A program made the translations under genes and the position numbers. 64,000 nucleotides of DNA from Octopus vulgaris (lineage: Eukaryota), in the NCBI GenBank assembly GCA_951406725.2, contig OX597830.1:8680001-8744000 (forward strand), in the 5' to 3' direction. Positions 25,394-39,946 of the stretch are shown piece after piece. The notes under the pieces were generated by a model. It was not told the origin of the DNA. It made no database searches and saw nothing but the letters and a program-made list of their open reading frames with translations. The stretch's first letter is position 1, and every line of letters begins with the position of its first letter.

Positions 25394-26714
25394 TTGTTAT
25401 ACATATGTTTGTGTGTGTATATATGTATGTGTTGTTATACTTGGGGATGGTATCTCACACTCACACACACACACACATATATTTACACGAGTATGTTTTC
25501 GGCGTGTGAGTAGGTGATGTTCATGCGTTCATATATAAGAGTGTGTTTGTGTTTGTGTAAGCCTATAAACATTTGAGTCATGAGAGAAAATAGCGCAATG
25601 CTGGTGTGAAGGCGAACAGGATGAAAGAAGACGAAGAAGAGAAAAAATACAAACAAGAACAACAACCACTGTTACAAGAAAGAAACAATTTATTATTGGC
25701 AAGACATAACATCCACTGCAACAGCAACAACAACGATATGAAGAACATAATAGAGTGTTTTGTGTGAAATGTTAACAAGAAGATTAGAAGATAAATCTGA
25801 TTAATAAAACTGTAATTAACTGATCTTTAACTTTCCAGCAGCTCTTCCACTCTCTACGACTTCTTCCCCTCCATCTCTCTCCTTTCTCACACTATTGACT
25901 CTTTAACCCTCCACCCCTCTTCTTCCATCCGCCATCTTCTTCTTCTTCTTCTTCTTCTTCTTCTTCTTCTTCTTCTTCTTCTTCTTCTTCTTCTTCTTCT
26001 TCTTCTTCTTCAGTAACACTTTAACTCTCCTTCACAATTTCTCCCTCCACCCATTTTTTACCTCTTTCTATCTGTCCCCTCCTCTTTCGTTTCTTTTTCC
26101 ATGAACCCTTTAACTCTCCCTTTCTCCTTCATCTTACTCTCTCCTTTCTCTCCAACTATCTTCCCCCTCTCCTTCCTCTCCGTCTCTCCTTCATCTCACC
26201 CTCTTCTTCCCCCACTCTCTAATTTATCTAGCTGTATTCTTTGTCTCTTTCTCTCCTTTCTCTCTCCTTTCTCTCTCCTTTTCACCTCACTCTCCCTTCC
26301 TCTCTCTCTTTCCGTTGCTTTTCTTCTTCATCTCTCCCTTTTCTTTTCCCACCTCCCTCTCTCTCTCTTCTTCTCCATGCTTCTTTCCTCATTTCTTTCC
26401 TCTTCGTCTCTACCTACCAACCTCTCCACTTCCCCTCCTTCTTTCGCTAAACCTTTATCCTCCCCAGCCTCACACCTCCCCCTCTCTCTCCCATCCAATT
26501 CTAACACACCTTATCCTTTTCCACGTCTAATGTAAACATGCACTCACATACACACACGCATATAGACATATGAACTCGTATACGTACACACATACACACA
26601 CAAGCACATACGTCTACACACATGCATTCATATATGTGCATATATACACACATATACACACACGCGCACCAACACACTTCAATGCCAGATTGTATCAACG
26701 CTGAAGATACGTTG

Positions 26715-26772
<58 letters not shown>

Positions 26773-27439
26773 ATGTGTGTATATATATATATATATGTAT
26801 GTTGTTATGTGTATGCGTGTTTGTTTGCGTGTAGGGGTGCGGATTGCTGTGTACGGCAGGAAGTGTGACAAAGTGTACCTGTGTATGGAGGTGTAGATAT
26901 GTGTGAATGTGTAAAAGGTTTTGAAGATGACTATGTATGTGTGTGTATATGTGTGTCTACGTTTGTGTGCGTGTATACTTAGGTGTGTTTGTATAGGCGT
27001 TTGCATCAAAATAAATGTGTCTATATGTGGTTATATGCGTGTGGATGTGTAATGTGTGAATAGTTATGTTTAGACGAGTATGAGGTGCGAAAGATGTGTG
27101 TGTGTGCGTGCGTGTATAGGAGTGTGTGTGTATGCGTGTGTATGTGTAGCTGCTGTTATTTAGCCCTAGGTAACTCTTGATCAATCAAAAGCAATCCATC
27201 AATGACCACTCCCTCACTGTATCCTTCTATGTCCCTTTTTAAAGTATGCCATTTTTTAAAGGGAGTAACTAGGTAAACCCTTTTTTACGTTAACTGGCGT
27301 ATGTAGATATCTATACATGTTACGTATAATATATAGCATATTTATAATATACACACAAACACACACATGTGACGACTATACCTGTTGCCTTTCGGTTGTA
27401 AATTGCGAATAGCCACCTTAATAATCTATATATAAGTTG

Positions 27440-27725
27440 TGTCATCTAAGGCGAGGACCATGTACTGCAAAAGCTTGGAATTCAAGCGCTCACAGCTATT
27501 GAACTCCTTGCCAAAACATCTGAGGGATCTCCATAGAGTGGAGGAGATGTTTTCAAGAAACAACATGAACTCTTGCAAGACATGATCCCAAATGAACTAA
27601 AATAAAAGCAAGAAACTCAAAAAAGGGCTGCAGTGTCGAAATCCCTCCTTCACCAAAAGCTAAACCCATAGAATTGGCCAATTAAAAGGTGATAACACTG
27701 GCGGTACCCCCAGCATGGTCGGCCG
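27440..27725 (+). mobile_element. CR1-type LINE 3' end (ORF2 C-terminus + tail)
   Basis: SQLLNSLPKHLRDLH.../DVFKKQHELLQDMIPNE...RAAVSKSLLHQ then ggcggtacccccagcatgg. Confidence 0.75.
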
Positions 27726-27775
27726 TCCTACAGAACAATACCAAAATCAGTTGAATTTTAATGTTTGCTGCTTCA

Positions 27776-28175
27776 AGGTGGCGAGCTGGCAGAAACGTTA
27801 GCACGCCGGGCGAAACGATTAGCTGTATTTCGTCTGCCGTCACGTTCTGAGTTCAAATTCCGCCGAGGTCAGCTTTGCCTTTCATCCTTTCGGGGTCGAT
27901 AAATTAAGTACCAATTACGCACTGGGGTCGATGTAATCGACTTAATCCGTTTGTCTGTCTTTGTTTGTCCCCTCTATGTTTAGCCCTTGTGGGTAATAAA
28001 GAAACAAATATTTCGTCTGTCTTTACTTTTTGAGTTCAAATTCCGCCGAGGTCGACTTTGCCTTTCATCGTTTCGGGGTCGATAAATTAAGTACCAGCTG
28101 CATACTGGGTTCGATCTGATCGACTGGTCCTCCTCCTCCAAAATTTCCGGCCTTGTCCCTTGAGTAGAAAAGAAT
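27776..28175 (+). mobile_element. SINE family M dimer (tail A unit followed by tail B unit)
   Basis: Two cores gcctttcatc...ggggtcgataaattaagtacc joined at aataaagaaac/tatttcgtctg. Confidence 0.85.
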
Positions 28176-28564
28176 ATGTTTGCTGCTTTCTTTCTTTGCT
28201 TCCATTAATATTCTTCTAGTCTTTTGATTCTTCGCTCTCATCTTTATTCGTTACCATTTCTTTTCTTTTCTTTTCCTTTTTTGTCTTTGATACCCTCGAA
28301 ATATTCTGGAAGGTAGAATCTCGAGGATATTTTGTTTTTCACGGTTGGCAATCATGTGGCTAATGTCTTTTGTTTTCGTTCTGCATACCCGGCATTTTGC
28401 TGTCCGCAGATGCCTAAGTATGTTCACACCTCTCTGCACACTTCTGCACATGCGTGCAAACATGCATGTCATTGCACATATACAGATGAAGATCTGCAGG
28501 CTTTGACTGCTCTGTGTGTAGATAGGCATATGTTCATTTGCTACAACGTATATATGTGTGTGTA

Positions 28565-28596
<32 letters not shown>

Positions 28597-28700
28597 TATA
28601 TATATATATGTGTGTGTGTATATATATATATATGTATGTGTGTATATATATGTATGTATGTGTGTATATATATGTATGTATGTATGTATATATATGTTTG

Positions 28701-28757
<57 letters not shown>

Positions 28758-28761
28758 GAAT

Positions 28762-28793
<32 letters not shown>

Positions 28794-28803
28794 TTATATG
28801 AAT

Positions 28804-28851
<48 letters not shown>

Positions 28852-29033
28852 GTATGTGTGTATATATATGTATGGTATGTGTGTATAAATATGTATGTGT
28901 GTATATATGTATGTGTGTGTATATATGTGTGTGTATATATATATATATGTGTGTATATATATATGTGTATATATATGCCATATATATATATATATATGTG
29001 TATATATATATGTGGTGTGTTTATATATATATA

Positions 29034-29090
<57 letters not shown>

Positions 29091-29094
29091 CTAA

Positions 29095-30080
29095 CTAAAC
29101 TCCTCAAATGCTTTGCATTCTTTCCCAGTGATATTAATGGCTTTCTAATTGTAATTTCTTAATTAGCCGTGTCGTCGTTTCTCAGTTTTTGTGAAGCCCA
29201 GCATCTCAGGATTGTTACTAACGCAGCGAGTTACATAACCAAGTGCACCAATAATCAGAAGAATAAACCTAAAGTTGTATTCCGGGTGGGGTACCTGCAG
29301 ATTTCTCATTAGTTCGCCATTGATGTTTTCTTTCTCATTTGTCTTAAACATGATATTCACGTCTGTTTGACTACTGTGCATACTTCCATTTTTTCCTTAC
29401 GTCTATTCTGCTACGCCTACATTTTACAGACGTTTTGATAAATTCATTCCGTCAGTATTCTATTTTTTTTATGTATTATGCGTGTGTGTACCCTTCATAT
29501 TGTTGCAAGTTTTTAGTTTCTGATCTTAAGGTCTTCCCTTTCTACAGGTTGGTTTGGCCACCACATCATATCTCAACGATAGACGGTCTCCCGATATAAT
29601 TTTTCGACAACTGTGTATGATATGGATCTTTGGCGTTGATTCGACATGTATACCTGAATCCTTTTTGGATATCAAATATTTTGCTTCTGTCTCCAGTACC
29701 TTGATCGTAATAGCATACCCTTCAAAGCGAGAACTAATTAATGGTTCAAGAGAGAATACTTCGGTCATTTTACTGAAACTCTAAATCTTTCTTATAAGAT
29801 ATCCTCACATGAATAACTGTTCATAAGCAGAATGCTCTCCATATTGTGATACTTGGGAGTTGTATTCTAGGTTCACTCAAAGAATTCTTATCGAAAAATT
29901 CCTTTTCAACTTTCACGAGGCTATTTACCTTCTCTATGCACAGTTGTTCTACAGATCGAAGATACCGTAGAAAGAATGATGCGACATTGATAGGCTCTTT
30001 AAATCGATGCAAGATCTCTCATCAATACAGAAGAATCGGTGTCTATCCGAAAAAAAGAATTAGGTTCTTTCACTACTATT
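29095..30080 (-). pseudogene. R4/Dong-like RLE retrotransposon 3' remnant
   Basis: ORF pieces FEGYAITI...EAKYL, HIIHSC...LRYDVVAK (zinc-knuckle region) and GELMRNLQVPHPEYNFRFILLIIGALGYV (RLE region). Confidence 0.75.
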
Positions 30081-30133
30081 GAGATATCAACATCGGTAAT
30101 CATGTATTTATGTATTTGTACACGTATGTGTGC

Positions 30134-30370
30134 GGAGGTGCAATGGCCAAGTGGTTAGGGCAGAGGACTCGCGGTCGGAGAATCGCGGTTTCGATTCCTA
30201 GACTGTGTTTATTGAGCGAAAACACCTAAAGCTCCTGTTGTACTTTTTCTCTCACTCTTTCTTCCTGTTTCTTGGGTAACGCTGCGATGGACTGGCTGGG
30301 GGGAACACATACGCCACAGAAATCGGGAAACCGGGCCCATGAACCTGGCTAGGCTTGAAAAGGCTGCATA
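30134..30370 (+). mobile_element. SINE head H1 + tail T3
   Basis: ggaggtgcaatggccaagtggttagggc...aacgctgcgatggactggc...ggctaggcttgaaaagg. Confidence 0.85.
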
Positions 30371-31127
30371 GATAAATAAACATGTATGTGTATGTGTGCC
30401 AGTATAAATGTAATTACATCTAAGGATCAGTGAATGTATGCATTGACGGGTATTTAATGCTCTTATCACATGGACACAAGATGGCCGAAAATTGAAGAAT
30501 TTCGTTTCGCAACCACTTGATGTCGGGTTTGATCCTACTGCGTGGTATTTTGGACAAGTGTCACGTGCCACATCTAGGGTTTCACACAATTCCTGAGAAT
30601 AAGATTTGGTATAATGAAACTGTGTAAGTCTGTCCGATGAAATGTACCAGTAATTTAATGGTTCAAGTTCGCCACACGGTGTGGATCATACTAGAGATGA
30701 TAATTACATCAATGCCAAATATGTCTGTGGAATACCCAGCCACTTGCACGCTAATTCACTGAGAAGAGTATTCAGTTGATTGAACGACTGAATAGTCATC
30801 GTCGAAACCGGTGGAGATCCATAAACACTTATCACATGCTAAACTTCCGGAATGTTTTGCATATTTTCACAATTCCATTAATGGTTTGTATCTATAGTTT
30901 TCTAATCAGGAAGAGTCCTGAAGATAACAAAAAAGGAATTATGTGGCCACCAAGATTACTTCCTGTTTGTGAATGAGAATAATTTACTGATAGTGGCCTT
31001 GTCGTATGAGTTTGAACCCTCCACGCTTTGCATTGGCCATTCTTTACTGTTACTGCATTGGAAATCAAATATTATACAAAGGAAACGAACCAACACAAAT
31101 GATGGACTATTCCAAACATAGGATTTT

Positions 31128-31389
31128 GAGTGCTGGTGTCACGTAAAAAAGCACCTGTACAACGTAAAAAACATCTGTGTCACGTAAAAAGCATCTGTGC
31201 CACGTAAAAATGCACCTACACCAGTGCTGTATAAAAGCGCCCAGTACACTCTGTTAGGAAGGGCATCCAGCTGTAGAACCCATGCCAAAACAGACACGGA
31301 GCCTGAAGAGCCCTTCAACTAGTCAGCTCCTGACAAACCGTCCAACCCATGCCAGCATGGGAAACAGACATTAAATGATGATGATGATG
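31128..31389 (+). mobile_element. RTE-related SINE 3' part with ~19-bp minisatellite and (GAT)n tail
   Basis: Four repeats of cacgtaaaaagca-like unit, then taggaagggcatccagctgtag...ccgtccaacccatgccagcatgg...ttaaatgatgatgatg. Confidence 0.65.
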
Positions 31390-31997
31390 TTATAGAAAGC
31401 TCCTTTCTTCACTTTCGTAAATTTCTGTATTGCTTATAAAGTCTTGCATATTCCAACTTGACTCGTTTCTTATTACTACGAGGCCCTACTTTCATCCAGA
31501 TACAACAAGAGATGTCCTTTCTGGTTTTGTGAAACACAACTTTTTAAGATTGGCACTGAGGTAGTTAGTTACATACCCATGTACCCCAATAAATTACAGA
31601 TATACATCTAAACCTATACAATACTAGTGGATTATCCACTTGCTTCTCGCTAGGTTCATGTAGATGTTTTCTTTCCCCTTAAACATTAATATTCATATTA
31701 ACACCCTGTTCGGCAAAGAGATTACCACTACTGTGCACCTTTACTTTTCTAACTCCCAGATCATCATGTCTGGTATCTTGTGCATATATTCTACTGAAAT
31801 ATTCTTTAATATTATGAGAGAAAAAATGCCTTTCATGCCACCTTAGCTTCTCATCATTTTTATCATCAGGACTCTACTTTCTACAGATTGCAGAGCATAA
31901 TTTTACCTTGTGTGTATATGTGTGTGTGAATGTATGTATGATTTATTTATACATTTATGTAAATGTGTATACAAGAACTGTATGTTTGTATGTATTC

Positions 31998-32080
<83 letters not shown>

Positions 32081-32189
32081 CGGTATGCATATATATTTAT
32101 ATGAGTGTGTGTCACTAAGTATGTACGTGCGTATTATGCTTATACGTGTGTACATATATATATATGCATACATACATATATACATACAT

Positions 32190-32241
<52 letters not shown>

Positions 32242-32307
32242 GCATAAATAAATGCATACACACATACTCACACACACATATATATATACACGCATAAATA
32301 CATCCAT

Positions 32308-32367
<60 letters not shown>

Positions 32368-33459
32368 GCATAAATACATACATATACATACGGAAACGTG
32401 TTTATGCATGCTCACACACCCACACATCCACAAACACATACAGTCCATGTATGTGTGTGTGTATTGTGTATGTGACTAAGGTGTTGTGTGACAACATCGC
32501 CTCAAGACTCGACCCTCGTCAGTTTGAAGTCAGTCAATTAACACCTCTCACTTGCAGTGTCTTACTTCATAGAACAGCTTCATCATTAATTAATCAATTA
32601 TTGTAATCAATGTCTTCACTTGATAATGAAATGTTTGTGCAGGGAAGGTGGCAGGAATGGTTGTAGTAATGGCGGAGTAGAGGGTAGTGGCATGATGGTA
32701 GTGGAAGTGGTGGGTGGGAGAAGATGTGATGGTAGCAGTGGTGGTGGTGGTGGTGGTGGTTGTGTTGGTGGTAGTGTATGGCGGAGGCATAAGTGATAAA
32801 AGTAGAAGAGAGAAAATGAATTGAAAGAAAGAAAGAGAAAGAATAAAAGACGGAAAGAGGGAATGAGCTTTGGAGAAAGAGAGACGAGTAGTAAAAGGAT
32901 ACGTGAAAGAAGAGAATAAATGAATGAAAGGTAGTGAATGATAGAGAAAAAGAGAGAATAAAACAAAAATGAAAGAGAATGAATGAGTGGAGTAGGAAAG
33001 GATAGAGAGAAAAAGAAAGAGAATGTGAAGGGTGAAAGTGCGAATGAAACAAAGGAAGAAAGAAGGAATTATAGCGTGAATGAGAAAGCGAAAAAGAATG
33101 AAAGGGGAAAGAAAAAGAAAGGAAGAAAGAAAGAATTAAAAATATGAACGAGGAAAAAAATCTGAAACTGATAACGAAGGAAGGAGAGATAAGTGGCAAA
33201 AAATGAACTAGAAAATGAAAGAAAAAGGGAATGAATGGATCAATTAAAAGAGGAGGAAGTGGGAGGGGGAGAGAGAGAGAATTAAAGATCCAATGACACC
33301 AACACATCGATATTACCAATATTCAATAAAATCCATCAATTGATCGATACTAGAATCAGTTATACATGCCAATATATCAATGTTCACTTAATTTTAAAAA
33401 TCATTCAATCATGATTTTTTTTTTCTGAGACAATTCCGTGTATATTTTCTCCTAACTAT

Positions 33460-35005
33460 TTTCTACTCTACGGACAAGGCCTGAAATTTTTGGGGAAAGT
33501 ACGCAACTAGTATTTAATTTATCAATCCAGAAAGGATGAGAGGCAAAGTCGACTCACAACGTAACGCAGACGAAATATCTATTTCTTTATTACCCACAAG
33601 GGGCTAAACACAGAGGGGACAAACAAGGACAGACAAAGGGATTAAGTCGATTACATCGACCCCAGTGCGTAACTGGTACTTAATTTATCGACCCCGAAAG
33701 GATGAAAGGCAAAGTCGACCTCGGCGGAATTTGAACTCACAACGTAACGCAGACGAAATACCTATTTTTTTATTACCCACAAGGGGGCTAAACACAGAGG
33801 GGACAAACAAGGACAGACAAAGGTATTAAGTCGATTACATCGACCCCAGTGCGTAACTGGTACTTAATTTATCGACCCCGAAAGGATGAAAGGCAAAGTC
33901 GACCTCGGCGGAATTTGAACTCACAACGTAACGCAGACGAAATACCTATTTCTTTATTATCCACAAGGGGCTAAACACAGAGGGGACAAACAAGGACAGA
34001 CAAAGGTATTAAGTCGATTACATCGACCCCAGTGCGTAACTGGTACTTAATTTATCGACCCCGAAAGGATGAAAGGCAAAGTCGACCTCGGCGGAATTTG
34101 AACTCACAACGTAACGCAGACGAAATACCGCTAAGCATTTCGGCCGGCGTGCTAACGTTTCTTATTTCTTTATTGCCCACAAGGGGCTAAAAATAGAGGA
34201 CAAACAAGGACAGACAAAGGGATTAAGTCGATTACATCGACCCCAGTGCGTAACTGGTACTTAATTTATCGACCCCGAAAGGATGAAAGGCAAAGTCGAC
34301 TTCGGCGGAATTTGAACTCACAACGTAACGCAGACGAAATACCTATTTCTTTATTACCCACAAGGGGCTAAACACAGAGGGGACAAACAAGGACAGACAT
34401 AGGTATTAAGTCGATTACATCGACCCCAGTGCGTAACTGGTACTTAATTTATCGACCCCGAAAGGATGAAAGGCAAAGACGACCTCGGCGGAATTTGAAC
34501 TCACAACGTAACGCAGACGAAATACCGCTAAGCATTTCGGCCGGCGTGCTAACGTTTTTTATTTCTTTATTGCCCACAAGGGGCTAAACACAGAGGGGAC
34601 AAACAAGGACAGACAAAGGGATTAAGTCGATTACATCGACCCCAGTGCGTAACTGGTACTTAATTTATCGACCCCGAAAGGATGAAAGGCAAAGACGACC
34701 TCAGCGGAATTTGAACTCAGAACGTAACGGCAGACGAAATACCGCTAAGCATTTCGGCCGGCGTGCTAACGTTTCTTATTTCTTTATTGCCCACAAGGGG
34801 CTAAAAATAGAGGACAAACAAGGACAGACAAAGGGATTAAGTCGATTACATCGACCCCAGTGCGTAACTGGTACTTAATTTATCGACCCCGAAAGGATGA
34901 AAGGCAAAGACGACCTCGGCGGAATTTGAACTCAGAACGTAACGGCAGACGAAATAACGCTAAGCATTTCGCCCGGCGTGCTGACGTTTCTGCCAGCTCG
35001 CCACC
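33460..35005 (-). repeat. Head-to-tail array of SINE family M (7 tail-A units + terminal tail-B fragment)
   Basis: Tail-A ends at ~33581, 33766, 33948, 34165, 34346, 34562, 34779; spacings of ~182 or ~216 bp; intact head only at the 35005 end. Confidence 0.92.
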
Positions 35006-35386
35006 TTTTTTCAGAATGACTAATATTAATGCCAACTGTTCATTTCGTATGGCGAAGTAATTATATGATGTTGTGAAAAGTGTGCATTGACGTAAGAAAC
35101 ATACAATGTGTGTGTGTGTAAAATAATTCAATATATTGATTGTTGACACTGGCGAAGGAGCATAAACGTTAGGGAGAGTAAGTTGGAAGGAAAGAAGATG
35201 GTACAGAGAGGGAGAGCAAGCGAGAAAGAAAGAAAAAGAGAGAAAGAGAGGGGAAGTGTGTACATATGTACACGCACACACACACATACACATATATACA
35301 TATATAATTTCATATGTAAATATGTGTGTATGTGTGTGTCTTTGTCGTCATTTCATTAATTTATATCCTTCCCGTTTTCCCTATTC

Positions 35387-35442
35387 GTCTCTGATGACGG
35401 AATTTCCCATACTCTGGGATGTCTCAGAAACAGCTGTAAGAC
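35387..35442 (+). ncRNA. Type I hammerhead ribozyme motif
   Basis: gtct CTGATGA cgga...tccca tactc tggga...GAAA cagctg ta agac: canonical core, palindromic CAGCTG stem III, GUA triplet, stem I gtct/agac; base of stem II imperfect. Confidence 0.7.
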
Positions 35443-35721
35443 TTAATTTTTCCAATGATAACAATGCCTATGACTTGAGATGTTTGCCTTGCCTTAACGT
35501 TTGTTGTCCTCTTTAACAATCATATATGTATATATTTGTATATGTATATACATACATATACATATGTAAAAATATGTATGTATCCACACACAGACACATG
35601 TATATGAATATAAATGCTTATAAACATATATATACATACACGCATATATATGTGTGTATATATGTAACATACGGAGACTGGTGACTCGGTATGAATATAG
35701 CCTCTGTTTGAGGTGGGTATA

Positions 35722-35766
<45 letters not shown>

Positions 35767-35949
35767 AGTATACATTTGAGCTGAGTATATATAATTTTGA
35801 AAAAAGAATAAGCAAAGAGAAATTACTGTATTTGAACGACATAGACGAATACAGGTATATCAAATACTATACAATATAAATTCTCGATTCATTGATATTA
35901 TCTCCGCCTCTACAGGGTGTATTATAATTATTTTTCTTTATATACACAC

Positions 35950-36330
35950 AGGCGTATTCCCCAATTTTTTGGAGGGGCCAGTCACAAGACACACACCAGG
36001 CATTCCATTCATTTACCAGCTCAAAGAGGCGAGCCCCGTTCTATGCTTGGGTCAAAGTATAGAACGCAACCCCCAATATCATATGCTGGCTTACCCCCGC
36101 TACATCATGGTGGTTCCGTACCCCTTTGAGCAACATCAAATTCACTCCTCCGTCTAGAAACGCTCTCCAAGCGTTCCTATCGTTTATAAATTCCAAATGG
36201 TAATTAAGACTATCTATTCTTGAGAAGGGAGATAATCAAGAATTGTCCAAAGTTGACTCATCATCAACCAATGGGACAGGCTTATTGTCTAGAGAGGAAT
36301 CTGAGAGGGGAATATGTTGAATAAAATCAT
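35950..36330 (-). mobile_element. Possible RTE-like LINE 3' fragment
   Basis: Only a DRNAWR motif in the minus frame supports this. Confidence 0.25.
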
Positions 36331-36436
36331 AATTAACTAATCCTCCTCTATTCTCTTTTACCTAAAGCGATTCCCGCCGGCGCATTGCGTCTTTGAGGCA
36401 AAACTTTATTTTACGTTGCTCCCGTCTACTCAGGAG

Positions 36437-36630
36437 GCAAAAATGAGTTTTACCTGTATTTGAAAGGGGCCAACTTTGTCACATCCTGTATCACGCCGAA
36501 TCTCCTTGAGAACTACGTTAAGGATCTGTGTGTCTGTGAACCGCTTAGCCACTTGCACGTTAATTTCCTGAGCAAGCTGTTCCATTGATCGGATCAACTG
36601 GAACACTCGTCGTCGCCACTGACGAAGTAC
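36437..36630 (+). mobile_element. SINE tail T2 fragment
   Basis: tacctgtatttgaaagggg...gccacttgcacgttaattt. Confidence 0.8.
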
Positions 36631-37114
36631 CAGCAAGAAGAAAATATACGTACATGTGCACACACAGGCACACAGACGCGTACAAGTACAGGGTTTACTT
36701 TTATTTGACAAGATGAATATTTGCAACACGGCTCTCTTTTGTTATTAATTTTCGTCATCAAGTTAAAATGAAAAAGAAAAAGAGGAACCAATGCCCCCAC
36801 CCCCCACCCTCGCATCCACCAGAACGTGAACGAAGAAATCGGTTAAAAGGAAAAACCAATCAAATTTAAGACAAAAGAAGGCAACAGTAACAGCTATACA
36901 CATATGAATAAGGCGTCGGTAAATTTAGAACTATTTATAATGGCGAAGGTGAAAAACTAATCGGTTAAGAAATTAATTATAAAGTGAAATATATTATGTA
37001 TTGAATAAAAGAGGAAATAATATGCGTAAACGCTGTAGCTAATACACGCATGCGTACAGACACCGGTCATTGCTAATGGTGTACGATAATAGTCGGTTTG
37101 TAAAATTTATGCGA

Positions 37115-37851
37115 CTCATATTTTCCAGTGTATACGATGCACCCTTGCAACAGACGGACTCTTATTTTACGAGCATATTTTGAGGAAGAAGCAAATTTAG
37201 TTTGTTTAATTTTACGTTCATTAAAAGATATTTTAGAGTAGATTTGTAAGGGAAAATGTATGATTCTATACATGCAAATACGGTGCTGTGACACTATAAT
37301 GGAATAAAGTATGGAACTATAAATATATCATAAGCAAAGTACGATATAGGAGAACCGTGTTTCAACTCTACCTTCTTTCAGATCAACTTTATACTTGTTT
37401 ATATTTTGGTCAGGAGAATTACTACTATACAAGATGTAAAACAAGATGTAACTGGCCACCAGGATGGTGCTCCACCTCAATGGTTTTGCTGTCATCCATT
37501 CTTTGACTTTGATTTCGACAGGTGAATTTTCCACTAAGATAATTAAAAAATAGGTGGGTTATGTATGCTGAGAAAAGAGGCATAATAAAATGATGTGATC
37601 TTTTCACTTAACTATCGATGTACCGTGAACGATTTTTAAGTTTCTGCTAATAGTTTGTGATAATCTCACTTGTTTTCAAATAGATATTATTACTAACAAT
37701 TATTGCACCTAACAAATTTAAGCTCCTCCGTTTTCCTTGTTTATATACCTCGGTCCCTCATCCGTCATACGATCGCATTAGACACAGAGCAATTTTTAAT
37801 ACAGTTAAAAATTAAAAAACAAAAACGCATCTTATACGCTGGTAAATACGA
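37115..37851 (-). mobile_element. Highly decayed pogo-like DNA transposon
   Basis: Ends catattttccagtgtatacgatgcacc and cgcatcttatacgctggtaaatacg resemble pogo-type TIRs; minus-frame fragments KEWMT and HPGG. Confidence 0.45.
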
Positions 37852-38383
37852 TGAATTTTCTGTAAATATAATTTGGAATTGTTTCTGAATGGCCATTGTT
37901 CGAGATTTTAGTAAAAAGGATAGTTCTGGTAGCTTTCTATGGTGCAAAGGTTGCAGGGATTATTTTCACCTCCTATGCTTTAGCTCTGGAAAGGCTCCAG
38001 AGAGAGAACTCCAGGACAGTATTAAATTGTCATTTTACGCGCTAAAGGAGGATTTTTACTTCTGCCATGGTTTCTAAAGGAATGTTTGTGCAAATTTAAT
38101 ACTAGTTTTAAATGTATTTGAGGTCATAATTAGATAAGTTTTTCCATTGTCGTTGATAGTGACTGAATAGAAGTAGAGGGTATCTTAGCCATACAATTAG
38201 ATTCGAGGCGTGATTTAAATGGGTTTGTGGTTGTAAAGCTCTTCAGTTGTAAAAGCTTACATCGTGACAATCTTGGTAGCAAAATATCATTAGTATACGA
38301 TATTCTTAACCATGCAGTTAGATTCGAGAAGAGAATAACTATGGGAACCAGAGAAGTTACTTTCAATATACTACATATATCGT

Positions 38384-38705
38384 GAAGGCGCGTGGCTTAG
38401 TGGTTTGGGCATTCGGCTCATGATCGTAAGGTTGTCAGTTCGATTCCCGGCGACGCGTCGTGTCCTTGAGCAAGACACTTTATTTCACGTTGCTCCAGTC
38501 CACTCAGCTGGCAAAAATGAGTAGTACCTGTATTTGAAAGGGCCGGCCTTGTCACACTCTGTGTCACGCTGAATCTCCCTAAGAACTACGTTAAGGGTAC
38601 ATGTGTTGGTGGAGTGCTCAGCCAGTTGCACGTTAATTTCACGAGCAGGCTGTTCCGTTGATCGGATCAACTGGGACCCTCGTCGTCCTAACCGACGGAG
38701 TGCTC
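38384..38705 (+). mobile_element. Full SINE head H2 + tail T2
   Basis: gaaggcgcgtggcttagtgg...gttcgattcccggcg...ccgacggagtgc. Confidence 0.9.
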
Positions 38706-38759
38706 CTTACTACATATATATGCTATTCTTTACCGGAAAGCAATACTCTCGTATTGCAT

Positions 38760-38862
<103 letters not shown>

Positions 38863-38917
38863 CGTTTAAATATTTGTTGTGCAAGATTTTTTATGTGAAG
38901 TCGTGTGTTGAAACAGA

Positions 38918-39092
38918 TATTGTTATATTTCGGAATGGTCATATTGCCAGTTTAGCCAATAACTTTGGCCGAAATAAGATTAAGATTAATGTAAAAAATA
39001 AATATCACTGAAGCAAAATAACACCAAATATATAGTGCGTGTGCTTTTTATTGGCTAAACTGGCAATATGACCATTCCGAAATATAACAATA
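38918..39092. repeat. ~45-bp perfect inverted repeat in a TA-embedded island
   Basis: tattgttatatttcggaatggtcatattgccagtttagccaataa and its reverse complement at ~39048-39092. Confidence 0.9.
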
Positions 39093-39946
39093 TATATTTA
39101 TATATATATATATTTTTTTTTTTTATATATATATACATACATACATACATATACATACATACACACACGCACACACATACATACATACATACATACATAC
39201 ATACACATACATACATACACATACATACATACATTCATACATACATACATACATACACACGCACACGCATGCATACATACATACATACATTCATACATAC
39301 ATACACACACACATACATACATACATACATACATACATACATACATACATACATACATACATACATACATACATACATGCATGCATACATACATACATAC
39401 ATACATATATACATACATACACACACATACATTCATACATACATAAATGCATACATATATACATACATACATACATACATACGTACGTACGTACGTACAT
39501 ACATGCATACATACATACATATATACATACATACGTACATACATACATACATACATACACACACACATACATATATACATACATACGTACATACATACAT
39601 ACATACATACATACATACATACATACGTACATACATACGTACATACATACGTACATACATACATACATACATACATACATACATACATGCATACACATCG
39701 CTGATGCAGTTTAGCACCAGGGGAGCACTGTCAACAAGACGTATGAACAAATGCGTTTCTGAAACTAAATCGAGCAACAACACTTTCCTTTTAACTCTTT
39801 AACGTGTTTCATTGAGGGAGTTCTGTTTCTAATACTAGCATTTCGGGTAGCCACGCAGGGAGTCCCTCATTTCCACGTGGTTTTTGATAATCTTTTGGTT
39901 GTTACTGATGTCGTTATTGGTGTGGGAGTTATTGTTGTGATTGTTA

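Noticed and set aside
30776-30976. Tc1-like WPP motif
   Set aside because: Only three residues match; no supporting DDE context.
33460-35005. CRISPR-like periodic array
   Set aside because: Whole units are near-identical SINE copies with no unique spacers, in a eukaryotic context without cas genes.
37900-38366. Possible LINE RT fragment (SYTNDILL, VLEFSLWS) on the minus strand
   Set aside because: Motif resemblance is too weak without a profile search.
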